NCBI GenBank assembly: GCA_965249275.1
Contig: CBDFLQ010000007.1
Span: forward strand, 864,001 to 928,000
From: Dehalococcoidia bacterium
GTDB taxonomy: Bacteria; Chloroflexota; Dehalococcoidia; Plut-88900
Reading direction: 5' to 3'
Length of the DNA stretch: 64,000 nt
A program made the position numbers and the translations under genes. Of this stretch, positions 20,460-29,697 are shown in pieces. The notes below the pieces were generated by a model. That model made no database searches and was not told the DNA's origin. It saw only the letters and a program-made list of their open reading frames with translations. Within the stretch, counting starts at the first letter, position 1; the number at the start of each line of letters is the position of its first letter.

Positions 20460-21773
20460 ATGTCTATAGTAGCCATAGTAGGCCGTCCTAACGTCGGGAA
20501 GTCGACGCTGTTCAACAAATATGTTGGGCGGCGGATGGCCATCGTGTCCGACACACCGGGCACCACGCGGGACCGGGTCGCAGCTCAGATCACCATTAAC
20601 GGCAAGAGTCTAATCCTGGTAGACACCGGAGGCCTGGATCTCCGCCAGGAAGATGAAATTCACCTGGGCGTAACGGACCAGATAAAAACCGCTCTTGCAG
20701 AGGCCGCAGCGATCTTGTTCATGGTGGACGGTAGAGACGGCCTGACTGCAGCCGACGAAGACCTCGCCGACCTGCTGCGGATGTCGGACAAGCCCGTCGC
20801 ACTAATTGTGAACAAGATCGACAACGCTCGTAGAGAGGCGTCATTACAGGACTTCTACCGGCTAGGCATGGGCGACCCGACCCCGATAAGTGCATACCAC
20901 ACAAAAGGGCTGGACCAGGTCACAAGTTGGATAGACGCCAACCTAGATGCTCCGGAACCAGATCCGCAGTCCGGCGCCATGAAGGTCGCCATCGTGGGTC
21001 GGCCCAACGTTGGGAAATCGTTGCTGCTGAACACTCTATTCGGGCAGGACAGGGTTATCGTCAGCGAAATTCCGGGCACCACTAGGGACGCTATCGATAC
21101 CGTACTGGACTACGAAGGTGAAAGCATCGTCCTCATAGACACCGCGGGTGTCAGGAGGCGGGGCAAGATCGGCCACGGAATAGAGAAATACAGCGTCCTT
21201 CGCACCATGGGGGCAATCTACCGGGCAGACGTGGTGCTGCTGGTAGTCGACGCCTCGGAGCTTATGACTGCGCAGGACATGCACGTTTGGGGCTACGCCA
21301 AGGATGCTTACCGGGGAATGGCAGTGGTGGTGAACAAGTGGGACCTGGCCGATGAGCTGGAGCTCGACATTAAGTCCACCCAACCCTATATCCAAGATCG
21401 GCTTCGCGCCGGTGAATACGTACCCATCCTGTACACCTCCGCGTTGTGTGGTCAAGGCATCTCCGAGCTAATGCCCACAGCCCAAAGCATATTCAGAGAG
21501 AGAGGGAAAACGGTCACCACGTCGGCGCTGAACAGGATGCTGACCAGGGCCGTGACCGCCAGCCCACTGCCCCGGGCCCGGGGCAGACGATTGAAGCTCT
21601 TCTATTTGACTCAGACCGGCACGCACCCCCCCACCTTCACATTCTTCGTCAACGATCCTGCGCTGGTGCACTTCTCCTATCAACGGTTCCTGGAGAACCG
21701 CATTCGTGACGAGTTCGGATTCAAAGGGACGCCTATTCAACTGAAATTTCAGAGGAGAACTCGCAACGAATGA
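20460..21773 (+). CDS. der: ribosome biogenesis GTPase Der
   Basis: Two GRPNVGKS G-domains and a KH-like C-terminus. Confidence 0.96.
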   Translation: MSIVAIVGRPNVGKSTLFNKYVGRRMAIVSDTPGTTRDRVAAQITINGKSLILVDTGGLDLRQEDEIHLGVTDQIKTALAEAAAILFMVDGRDGLTAADEDLADLLRMSDKPVALIVNKIDNARREASLQDFYRLGMGDPTPISAYHTKGLDQVTSWIDANLDAPEPDPQSGAMKVAIVGRPNVGKSLLLNTLFGQDRVIVSEIPGTTRDAIDTVLDYEGESIVLIDTAGVRRRGKIGHGIEKYSVLRTMGAIYRADVVLLVVDASELMTAQDMHVWGYAKDAYRGMAVVVNKWDLADELELDIKSTQPYIQDRLRAGEYVPILYTSALCGQGISELMPTAQSIFRERGKTVTTSALNRMLTRAVTASPLPRARGRRLKLFYLTQTGTHPPTFTFFVNDPALVHFSYQRFLENRIRDEFGFKGTPIQLKFQRRTRNE

Positions 21774-22393
21774 AGGCCTTATTCTTAGTGTTGCTAGGTT
21801 ACCTGATCGGAGGGATACCGACAGGAAAAATAGTTGTCAAAAAGTCGAAGGGCCTGGATATTCAGAAACGCGGAAGCGGAAATATAGGCGCGGCCAACGT
21901 CTACCGTGTCGCCGGGCCCTCGGCCTCGACAGTTGTCTTGCTAACCGACACTTTCAAGGGCCTCCTGCCCGTACTTATAGCAAGGAAGGCCACCGATTCG
22001 AGCCTGGTGCACGCTTTGGTTGGACTCGCGGTTGTGCTGGGACACATTTGGCCGGCATTGCGCGGGTTCAAAGGTGGTAAGGGCGTGGTCACGAATCTCG
22101 GGGCACTGCTGGCCCTGGCCCCCGTGCCGGGGCTTATCGCGGCCCTGACCGGTGGTTCAGTAATGGCGAAGTTCCGGATATCGTCCCTGGGCTCCCTCTC
22201 CGGAACTGCAGTCGGAGCGACATGCCTCCTAATCGCCGTGCTGGTCGGCAAGAGGCCGAAGTCATATTTGCTTCAAGCCCTCATCCCGACCGTGATCATC
22301 TTCTACGCTCACCGCGAGAATTTCAGCAGGCTCCTATCCGGCGCCGAGAACAGGTTGGAGTTCGAGCCCGAGGAAGAGCAGGACCAGTCCTAG
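21770..22393 (+). CDS. plsY: glycerol-3-phosphate acyltransferase PlsY
   Basis: GSGNIGAAN, GH..P...FKGGKGV, HRENF..L..G.E. Confidence 0.94.
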   Translation: MKALFLVLLGYLIGGIPTGKIVVKKSKGLDIQKRGSGNIGAANVYRVAGPSASTVVLLTDTFKGLLPVLIARKATDSSLVHALVGLAVVLGHIWPALRGFKGGKGVVTNLGALLALAPVPGLIAALTGGSVMAKFRISSLGSLSGTAVGATCLLIAVLVGKRPKSYLLQALIPTVIIFYAHRENFSRLLSGAENRLEFEPEEEQDQS

Positions 22394-23271
22394 GTTCGAC
22401 TGAACACCAGGGCCAACCAATCATCTCGTATGGCCCGGGACTTGATAGAGGCGCCTTTAGCCTCGAATGCCTCCTCGACAGCCGTGGCTTGATCTTCGAG
22501 AAGCCCACTTAACACCGCAACTCCGTTCTCGGACAGCGAGTTTACGATATGCGGCGCTAGTCCTACTATCGGGTTCACGGTGATGTTGGCGACTATTACA
22601 TCCCATCCGGGATCAGGGTTGGCAGGGTCGTGCCAGAGCGTCCCTTCTGCGACTTCCACAATCTCTCCAACATCGTTAGCTGCCACGTTCTGCCGGGCCA
22701 CCTCAACCGCTACTGGATCCACGTCCAGGGCCGTCACCTTCGCCGCACCAAGCTTGGCAGCGCCTATGGCCAGTATCCCCGACCCGGTGCCCACATCCAT
22801 GACGCGCATCCCCGTCTCTACAATTCCATCCAAGGCATCCAGACACATGCGGGTGGTGGGGTGCACACCCGTCCCGAAGGCCATGCCGGGGTCCAGGTTG
22901 ATCACGACTTCGTTATCAAGCGGCTGATAGGCAAGCCATGTCGGACAGACTACGACTCTCTTGCCTACATGCTGGATAGTGAAATGCTTTCGCCAGGCTC
23001 GGGCCCAATCTTCTCCCTCTAAGAGTCGGTACTGCAGAGGCCCGACAGGCCGGAGCAGCCCCAAAAGCCTGACCACGACCTCCATGTCCGCCTTCAACTT
23101 CTCTTGGGCGTCGTCATTGGGGGCGTAGGCCCTGACTATCAGCCGGCTTTGCTCGCTGGGTGGGCCTTGCTGCTCAACGACTATCCTCCCACATCCATAT
23201 CTCCGAAAGGCCTCGCAGACCGGCTCCGTAGACTCAGCATCTACTTCAACCGAAAACTCTACTAATTCCAT
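22390..23271 (-). CDS. prmA: ribosomal protein L11 methyltransferase
   Basis: DPGMAFGTGVHPTT, DVGTGSGILA; follows dnaJ. Confidence 0.94.
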   Translation of the reverse strand: MELVEFSVEVDAESTEPVCEAFRRYGCGRIVVEQQGPPSEQSRLIVRAYAPNDDAQEKLKADMEVVVRLLGLLRPVGPLQYRLLEGEDWARAWRKHFTIQHVGKRVVVCPTWLAYQPLDNEVVINLDPGMAFGTGVHPTTRMCLDALDGIVETGMRVMDVGTGSGILAIGAAKLGAAKVTALDVDPVAVEVARQNVAANDVGEIVEVAEGTLWHDPANPDPGWDVIVANITVNPIVGLAPHIVNSLSENGVAVLSGLLEDQATAVEEAFEAKGASIKSRAIRDDWLALVFSRT

Positions 23272-23315
23272 CGTGTTTCTTTAGTCTGCCGTGGGTTCAG
23301 GCGTGGCCGGTATAG

Positions 23316-23354
23316 CGGGAGGCCCGACCCTGCAATGCAGGGCCGGGCCTCCCG
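23316..23354 (-). terminator. strong GC hairpin between dnaJ and prmA
   Basis: GGGAGGCCCG(G)CCCTGCA / TGCAGGG(T)CGGGCCTCCC stem on minus strand; no U-tract. Confidence 0.4.
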
Positions 23355-23378
23355 GCGGCGTTCAGTTCAATCTCTCGC

Positions 23379-24500
23379 TCACCGGAACACTTCCCTGATT
23401 TTTGCAAATATCCCCCTGCCATTCCGGCTAGAGACCCCGGGCCTGTCCAGGGTCAGGGTTAGCTGGCGGAACAGCTCCTCTTCTTCCTTATTCAAGGAAT
23501 CGGGCGTCCTTACGTTTATGTTGACGATCTGGTCACCCCTCCCCCCGCCCCGTAACCGGTAAGCACCGCGGCCTTTCAACCTGAGCGCCGTACCAGTCTG
23601 GATGCCCGATGGCACTTTGAGCATGACAATGCCATCTATGGTAGGAACTTCCACCTCGTCCCCGAGGGCCGCCTGGGCAAAGTTGACGGAGTATTCAAGC
23701 ACGACTTCGTCGCCATCCCGGCTAAAGTACTCATGCCTCTGTACCTTGACCGTTACGTAAAGGTTGCCCGGAGCTCCGCCGCGTGTCCCTGCGTCGCCCT
23801 CTCTGGTAAGCCGGACCTGAGTGCCATCCTCCACACCAGCGGGAATCTGCACAGCTATCTTTCTGAACATCTTCGTCCGCCCCACCCCACGGCACTGGCT
23901 GCAAGGCGTGGGTACGACACGCCCCTCGCCGCGGCATTGGTCGCAGGCAGTGACGTTAACAAACTGACCAAACAGGTTCTGCTGTACTCTCCTGACGCTC
24001 CCACTGCCGTTGCAGGTTGAGCAGGTGACAACCTCTGTGCCGGGTTCCGCTTTGGACCCGCGGCACGTCTTACAGACCTCAGTCCTCTGCACTTCAACGT
24101 TGCGCTCGGTGCCGAAAACAGCGTCCTCAAAGGAAATCGTTACCGTCTGGTGGATGTCCGCGCCGCGCTGGGGCCCGGACTTGGCGCCGGCATTGGAGCC
24201 GAAGAAGGCTTCGAAAATATCCCCGAACCCCCCGAATCCGCCCATGCCTTCAAATCCTCGGCCGTATCCGCCACCCGCCGTTCCTGCGTGTCCAAACCTG
24301 TCATAGGCGGCCCGCTTATCCGGGTCGCTAAGGACTTCGTAAGCCTCGTTGATCTCTTTGAACCTGTCCTCGGCATCGGGGCTCTTGTTTCGGTCGGGGT
24401 GGTACCTGAGCGCGAGCCGGCGAAACGCCTTCTTAATCTCCTCAGGAGTGGCGTTCCGTTGCACTGACAGCAGGTCGTAGTAGTCGGCCTTAGTAGTCAT
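23379..24500 (-). CDS. dnaJ: chaperone DnaJ
   Basis: HPD J-domain, G/F region, four CxxCxG repeats. Confidence 0.97.
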   Translation of the reverse strand: MTTKADYYDLLSVQRNATPEEIKKAFRRLALRYHPDRNKSPDAEDRFKEINEAYEVLSDPDKRAAYDRFGHAGTAGGGYGRGFEGMGGFGGFGDIFEAFFGSNAGAKSGPQRGADIHQTVTISFEDAVFGTERNVEVQRTEVCKTCRGSKAEPGTEVVTCSTCNGSGSVRRVQQNLFGQFVNVTACDQCRGEGRVVPTPCSQCRGVGRTKMFRKIAVQIPAGVEDGTQVRLTREGDAGTRGGAPGNLYVTVKVQRHEYFSRDGDEVVLEYSVNFAQAALGDEVEVPTIDGIVMLKVPSGIQTGTALRLKGRGAYRLRGGGRGDQIVNINVRTPDSLNKEEEELFRQLTLTLDRPGVSSRNGRGIFAKIREVFR

Positions 24501-24550
24501 AAGATGTTAATTATCTCAGGTTAGAACAATCGTCGTTTGCAATAAGAGCC

Positions 24551-25132
24551 CTATGCAGACTCTTGTTGCCCTTCTCCCGAAGCGGCTTCCTCCTCCGCTT
24601 CGCCCTGCCCTACTTTCACCATGGCTGGCCGTATAACACGGTCGTGGAGCTTATATCCTCTCTGAAACTCCTCGACTATCTTGCCCTCCGGGCCGTCACC
24701 ATGCATCACGGCCTCGTGCAGATTCGGGTCGAAATCCTCACCAAGGGCCTTGATTTCCGAAAGGCCCGCGGCCTCCAAGGTTGCACCGAGCTTCCGCTCT
24801 ATCAGGAACAGGCCCTCGACCCAAGTCATGCCAAGAATGCTGTCGGGAATCGTCAATCGAGCCCGCTGGAAATCGTCAACCAAGTTTAGCATACTGCCGA
24901 TCAGGGCAGCGTTGGCGAATTTAGCCAGGTCCTGCTTCTCCTGGTCGACTCTCTTCTTATAGTTGGAAAGATCGGCCTGGGCCCTTTGCCAGTTGGCCAA
25001 GTTCCGGTCTGCCCGTTCCTTCTCCTGTTCCAGGGCCAAGGCCAAGTCCTCTGTTATTTCCTGGCCTTCCGACTCCTTCTCGCTATCCTGCTCGGCTTTG
25101 GGGTCCTCGGTTTTGTTTGTGGCGTCGTTCAT
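24551..25132 (-). CDS. grpE: nucleotide exchange factor GrpE
   Basis: ADLSNYKKR, FDPNLHEAV, GY....RVIRPAMVKV. Confidence 0.95.
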   Translation of the reverse strand: MNDATNKTEDPKAEQDSEKESEGQEITEDLALALEQEKERADRNLANWQRAQADLSNYKKRVDQEKQDLAKFANAALIGSMLNLVDDFQRARLTIPDSILGMTWVEGLFLIERKLGATLEAAGLSEIKALGEDFDPNLHEAVMHGDGPEGKIVEEFQRGYKLHDRVIRPAMVKVGQGEAEEEAASGEGQQESA

Positions 25133-25144
25133 TTTATGGCTGGA

Positions 25145-26164
25145 TCAGCGGGGGAAGCTCTCCTGTATGGAGTCGCTCATCAGATGTGCAAGATAGTTTA
25201 CTGCGGGAATGTTGCGCCGGTAGGCCATCCGCTTGGGACCAAACACCCCGATCACGCCCTTTATGCCGTCCGCAGCGCCATATTCGGATACGATAAGACT
25301 GAAGTGGCGCATCCTGGAGACCCTCACTTCGCCGCCAATGGCCACCCGGATCCCCGGCCCCGAGTAGACCTGCTCCATTATATTCTTGAGCCGACCCCTC
25401 TCCTCCAGGATTTCCATCATATCCCGCAGGATTTCCGCCTCGGCCAGTTCCGGTTGTTCGAAGATTTGCTGGAGACCTTCAAATAGGGGGTCTTCCAGGT
25501 CCCGCTGTTCCTCTTCTTCCATGAGTCCCTTGACCAGCCGGACCACATTCTCCTCCAACGGTGAAAGCTCGAGATCAGTATTCCCAATAGCCGACGGGGC
25601 TACGCCCTCGAAAAGGTGGTTGAGTTTATTGCTGACACGCGTCAATTCATTCCTGGGTACGTCCTGCTCTAATGAAATCATCTGGCGTAGTATCTTGGCG
25701 CCCCAAAGGACCACCAGGGTCATTACCATAAGATCTTGGACAGGGACGAGTTCGATGCGCTTCAGCCTGACCCGTGAGGGTTTTGGAGCAGTGGTTACTG
25801 CGAGGCTGCCGGTGAGTCTGGAAAGAGCCTCGGCTGCAGACCTTGCCCACCCTTCCTGGTCCATGGCCACGTGTACCAGCCGCCGCTTGATGTGACCCTT
25901 CTCCCTGGGACCGAGCACTGGGTTAGCGAGAAACTGCCTGATATATGTCCGATACCCCAAGTCGGTGGGCAGCCCCCCGGCAGAGGCGTGGGGTCTGGTG
26001 ATATACCCATCCTGTTCGAGGGTGGCCATCTCGGAGCGGACGGTGGCCGGGCTCAGGGCCTTGCCCCATTTTTTGGCGATGTGCTGGGAGCCCACGGGCG
26101 TGACAGTATCAATATGCCCCTCGACGATGGCATTGAGCACAGATTCTCTTCTTGCGGTTAACAA
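25145..26164 (-). CDS. hrcA: heat-inducible repressor HrcA
   Basis: PVGS, SPATVRSEM..LE..GY...PHASAG..PTDLGYR, GPKRM.Y. Confidence 0.95.
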   Translation of the reverse strand: MLTARRESVLNAIVEGHIDTVTPVGSQHIAKKWGKALSPATVRSEMATLEQDGYITRPHASAGGLPTDLGYRTYIRQFLANPVLGPREKGHIKRRLVHVAMDQEGWARSAAEALSRLTGSLAVTTAPKPSRVRLKRIELVPVQDLMVMTLVVLWGAKILRQMISLEQDVPRNELTRVSNKLNHLFEGVAPSAIGNTDLELSPLEENVVRLVKGLMEEEEQRDLEDPLFEGLQQIFEQPELAEAEILRDMMEILEERGRLKNIMEQVYSGPGIRVAIGGEVRVSRMRHFSLIVSEYGAADGIKGVIGVFGPKRMAYRRNIPAVNYLAHLMSDSIQESFPR

Positions 26165-26209
26165 AAAGGCCTCCTTGTAAGAGGTAGGGCCGTCCGCCTA
26201 AATACAGGT

Positions 26210-26236
26210 TTGGCACCCCGAGATTTGGAGTGCCAG
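26210..26236 (-). promoter_or_regulatory. CIRCE operator
   Basis: CTGGCACTC-N9-GGGTGCCAA on minus strand, matching TTAGCACTC-N9-GAGTGCTAA; 45 nt upstream of hrcA. Confidence 0.9.
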
Positions 26237-26245
26237 TTACTATCG

Positions 26246-26274
26246 AATTTATCAGCAGGTGTTAGATGTGTCAA
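26246..26274 (-). promoter_or_regulatory. sigma70-type promoter of hrcA operon
   Basis: TTGACA-N17-TAAATT immediately upstream of CIRCE. Confidence 0.65.
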
Positions 26275-26341
26275 GTTGAACGGCAGTGTTGCGCCTGCCA
26301 ATCCGCTTTTCTATACTTTCAGAAGAAAGAAAGGTGAAGAG

Positions 26342-27007
26342 TTGGATATTATCTGGTTTGGTAGAAGGTGCTTTTCGATTCGGTCTCGTGACTTGGGGGT
26401 CGTGACGGACCCGTATGATCAAGTGCACGACAAGGTGGTGCGTGCCCCCTTCGTTAAAGCCGTAACATGGAGCGGTCCGCCTACCGGTCCCCCTTCCCTA
26501 TTCACACCGGAGGCCCAACTCGAACCCTCGAACGGGCGGTCATGGAGAGAAATCAGGGGCCCTGGTGAGTACGAAATCTCGGAAGTGTTGATTACGGGAG
26601 TCGGGACAGCGTACCAGAACACACTGGATGAGGATGGTGTCGGGGCTACGGGTAGGAATACCGTTTACGCCATAGAGGTAGAGGGCATTATAGTGTGCCA
26701 CCTCGGGGACCTGCAGAAGCCGTTGGATTCGGGGCAGGTGGAACGACTGGGAGACGTGAGTGTACTGGTCATGCCCATTGGTACGGCTGAGAGTGTGAAG
26801 GCGTCGGTGGAAACGGCCAGGGTCCTGGAACCACGTATAGTGGTGCCGATGGACTATCCGGGTCCAAGCTCATCGGAGTCCGAGGCGTTAGCCCGGTTCG
26901 TGAAGGAGATGGGGGTCCCGGCGCCCGAGGGCCAGCGACGTCTCCACGTGACGGCGTCCAGCATGCCGGACCAGACGCAAGTGGCGCTGCTGGAGAGTTC
27001 GGGATAA
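26342..27007 (+). CDS. MBL-fold (lactamase_B_3-like) protein, metal motif degenerate
   Basis: DIIWFG..CF, VVTDPY, GPGEYEI, CHLGDL, PRIVVPM; HxHxDH position reads SGPPTG. Confidence 0.75.
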   Translation: MDIIWFGRRCFSIRSRDLGVVTDPYDQVHDKVVRAPFVKAVTWSGPPTGPPSLFTPEAQLEPSNGRSWREIRGPGEYEISEVLITGVGTAYQNTLDEDGVGATGRNTVYAIEVEGIIVCHLGDLQKPLDSGQVERLGDVSVLVMPIGTAESVKASVETARVLEPRIVVPMDYPGPSSSESEALARFVKEMGVPAPEGQRRLHVTASSMPDQTQVALLESSG

Positions 27008-27031
27008 CGGAAGGTTGTACGGGCAGTGCCC

Positions 27032-27961
27032 CTACAACCTTGGCAGCACCTGCTCCGCCAAAAGCTCGGCCTGTTCCTTAGGGTCGAACGCCGGAGCCAG
27101 CAGCACCAGATCTATCCCTTCCGCCATCACTTCGCGTAATCCCTCCGCCACCTCCTCTCGGTCTCCGTACACTGCAACCTTGGAGGCAAGAGTCGGGTCT
27201 CCGTAGATAAACCCCATCATCTCTTCAAGTTTGCGTAGTGCCCTTGGCTTGTTTGAGTCCAGCGCCAGATACACCCGCTTCGAAAGAGGAAACTGGGCCT
27301 GACTCTTGCCTTCTTCCTCCATGAACCCCCTCAATATGCGTACGTGCTCCCGGAATTCCTCCGTCGATGTAGCACCCGAACCCATCCACCCATCCCCCGA
27401 CTTCACCGACCTCCGGAGAGCAGGCAAGGCCCGGGACCCGAACCACACGGGCGGGTGAGGCTTCTGGGCAGGTCTGGGGCTGATTGATACTCCTTCCATA
27501 TCCCAGAACTTCCCATTGAACGTCACGCTCTCCTTAGTCCAAAGCTCCTTCATCAGCTCCAGCCCCTCGACGAATCGAGTCAGCCGGTCTTCCGGCTTCA
27601 TCCCGAATGCCGGGTAGTGCTCGCGGTGCACTCCTACAGTCACCCCGAGGATGAACCTCCCATTAGATAGTTGGTCCAGGCTGGCAACGGCCTTCGCTAG
27701 GAATATCGGGTTCCAGAATGCTGATGTCAGCGCCGAGACCCCCAACTTCACCTTCGAGGTCAGCGCCGCTGCATAGGAAAGCAACGGGAACGGCTCAAGG
27801 TTAGGCACTCGGCTGAACACTCCTTCGCCTACCCACGCGCTGTCGTAGCCCAGTTCTTCCAAGCGAGTTAGGAAGTCGCCTATGTATCGGGTATCAACAA
27901 CACCGTCCGGGAATTTCTGGGGAATCGCAACGCCGAACTTGGTCGTGCTACTATCTGTCAT
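27032..27961 (-). CDS. LLM-class flavin/F420-dependent oxidoreductase
   Basis: GYDSAWVGE, LDQLSNGR, PRPAQKPHPPVW. Confidence 0.9.
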   Translation of the reverse strand: MTDSSTTKFGVAIPQKFPDGVVDTRYIGDFLTRLEELGYDSAWVGEGVFSRVPNLEPFPLLSYAAALTSKVKLGVSALTSAFWNPIFLAKAVASLDQLSNGRFILGVTVGVHREHYPAFGMKPEDRLTRFVEGLELMKELWTKESVTFNGKFWDMEGVSISPRPAQKPHPPVWFGSRALPALRRSVKSGDGWMGSGATSTEEFREHVRILRGFMEEEGKSQAQFPLSKRVYLALDSNKPRALRKLEEMMGFIYGDPTLASKVAVYGDREEVAEGLREVMAEGIDLVLLAPAFDPKEQAELLAEQVLPRL

Positions 27962-29687
27962 TCGTATTTCCGAGTCCTCTCAGTTTATTGGTCTTCGCTG
28001 AGTCCAGGGTCAGGGCTTCGGGGTGGATGTCAACTTTGTATATTTCTCTGGCAGCGTCTACCGACACGTAGCCGTCAAGCACGTCTCTCAACACGGCCTC
28101 AGGGTCACGTTCCTCAGGAATCCCATACCCACCTGACCCCGACAACGTAGTGCTCACAACATCATTGGCCCGCAGGCGGTATGTCCCCTTGGAGTGGAAT
28201 GGCTCTTCGGCGGGGGTGTCGGGGTTGCGTAGCGTGCGGCCTAACGGCCCTCCCGTTCCACCAAGTAAACCCTGCGGATGGGTGATCTGCCGGTCGGTCA
28301 AGTTGGAGAAAACCACGTCGCCGGTAAGGACGCGGACGTCCTTGCGCATGGCCGTGCCACCCCGATAACGGCCCGGGCCTCCGCTGTCGGTCACGAACTG
28401 GAGACGGTCAATCATCACCGGGTAGGTCGCCTCCACCACTTCGACAGGGATGTTCTCCAGGTTGAACGCCGAGCAGAGCCCGTCCGCCCCATCCTTGGTA
28501 GGCCGTGCTCCAACCCCACCGATGATCATTTCGTAGTACACGAAAGGTTTGCCTGACTTGGGGTCAATCCCTCCATAGTTCGGGTTGGCCCAATGAGAGC
28601 TGTTGGCTATGACTCTGTCGGGGGCGGCCTTGGACATTGCCAGCAGGATGGTGTCTACCATGCGCTGCTGCATTATGGCTCGGGGCCCGACCGCAGCCGG
28701 AGGCCGCGGATTAAACAGGCTTCCCTCCGGGGCGATCACCTCAATGGGCCGGATGCAGCCCGCGTTTTGGGGCACCCTGTCCTGCACCGTGAGGGCCTTA
28801 AGCGTAAAGTAGGAGTAGGCCCTAGTGTAGTTGAACGTGGAGTTCAGGCCAGATCGCGTCTGGGGACTGCTCCCCGTGAAATCGACCGTTAAGCCACCAT
28901 ATTTCACTCGGACAGCCACCTTAACCGTCAGTGGGCCCGTGTCCTGGCCGAAGTCGTCGAAATAGTCCTCGGCTTCGTACACTCCCTCCGGTAACTCTCG
29001 GATCGCGCTCCGCATGGATTCCTCAGACCGAACTAGGATTTGGGACATGCACTCCCGCAGCGTATCCATCCCATACGACTCTGCCAACCCCACCACACCT
29101 GCCTCCCCGATCCTGTTGGCATTCCTCTGTGCCTGCAGGTCCCCCATCACCTTGTCCGGCACCCGCACATTGGACTCCAGCATCCTCAACACCTCGCGGT
29201 TGGGTCGGCCCCCGTGATAGATGCGGGTAGGCAGGAACCTGATGCCCTCCTGGTAAAGGTCCAGGCTATCGACCGCCTGAGAACCCGGGCCCGCTCCTCC
29301 CACGTCGACCATGTGGGCACAGTTTGCAGCGAACCCCAGAAGCTCTCCATTTAGAAAGATGGGGCTTACCTGGAAGAAGTCGGGGAGGTGGCCCGACCCG
29401 AGGTACGGGTCATTCAGCAGTATGGAGTCCCCTTCCTCCAGTTCCTCGACCGGGTATTCTTCGATGATGTGCTTGACTACGAAGGGCATCGACCCGAGGT
29501 GACCGGGACTAAAGTTCCCTTGGGCGATCAGCCTCCCCTGCGCGTCGAACAGTGCGGTGGAGAAGTCTCGTCCTTCCCGCACCCCGAGGGAGTAGGCAGA
29601 GCGGCGCAATGCAGTGCCCATCTCCTCGGCTATCGAAACCAGGCCGTTCCAGACCACGCTGAAAGTTACCGTATCTATCTCGCTCAT
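27951..29687 (-). CDS. hydantoinase B/oxoprolinase subunit
   Basis: NDPY.G.GHLPD, HMVDVGG, YQEG, DSGGPGRYRGG. Confidence 0.92.
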   Translation of the reverse strand: MSEIDTVTFSVVWNGLVSIAEEMGTALRRSAYSLGVREGRDFSTALFDAQGRLIAQGNFSPGHLGSMPFVVKHIIEEYPVEELEEGDSILLNDPYLGSGHLPDFFQVSPIFLNGELLGFAANCAHMVDVGGAGPGSQAVDSLDLYQEGIRFLPTRIYHGGRPNREVLRMLESNVRVPDKVMGDLQAQRNANRIGEAGVVGLAESYGMDTLRECMSQILVRSEESMRSAIRELPEGVYEAEDYFDDFGQDTGPLTVKVAVRVKYGGLTVDFTGSSPQTRSGLNSTFNYTRAYSYFTLKALTVQDRVPQNAGCIRPIEVIAPEGSLFNPRPPAAVGPRAIMQQRMVDTILLAMSKAAPDRVIANSSHWANPNYGGIDPKSGKPFVYYEMIIGGVGARPTKDGADGLCSAFNLENIPVEVVEATYPVMIDRLQFVTDSGGPGRYRGGTAMRKDVRVLTGDVVFSNLTDRQITHPQGLLGGTGGPLGRTLRNPDTPAEEPFHSKGTYRLRANDVVSTTLSGSGGYGIPEERDPEAVLRDVLDGYVSVDAAREIYKVDIHPEALTLDSAKTNKLRGLGNTNDR

Positions 29688-29697
29688 TGCCTTACGT

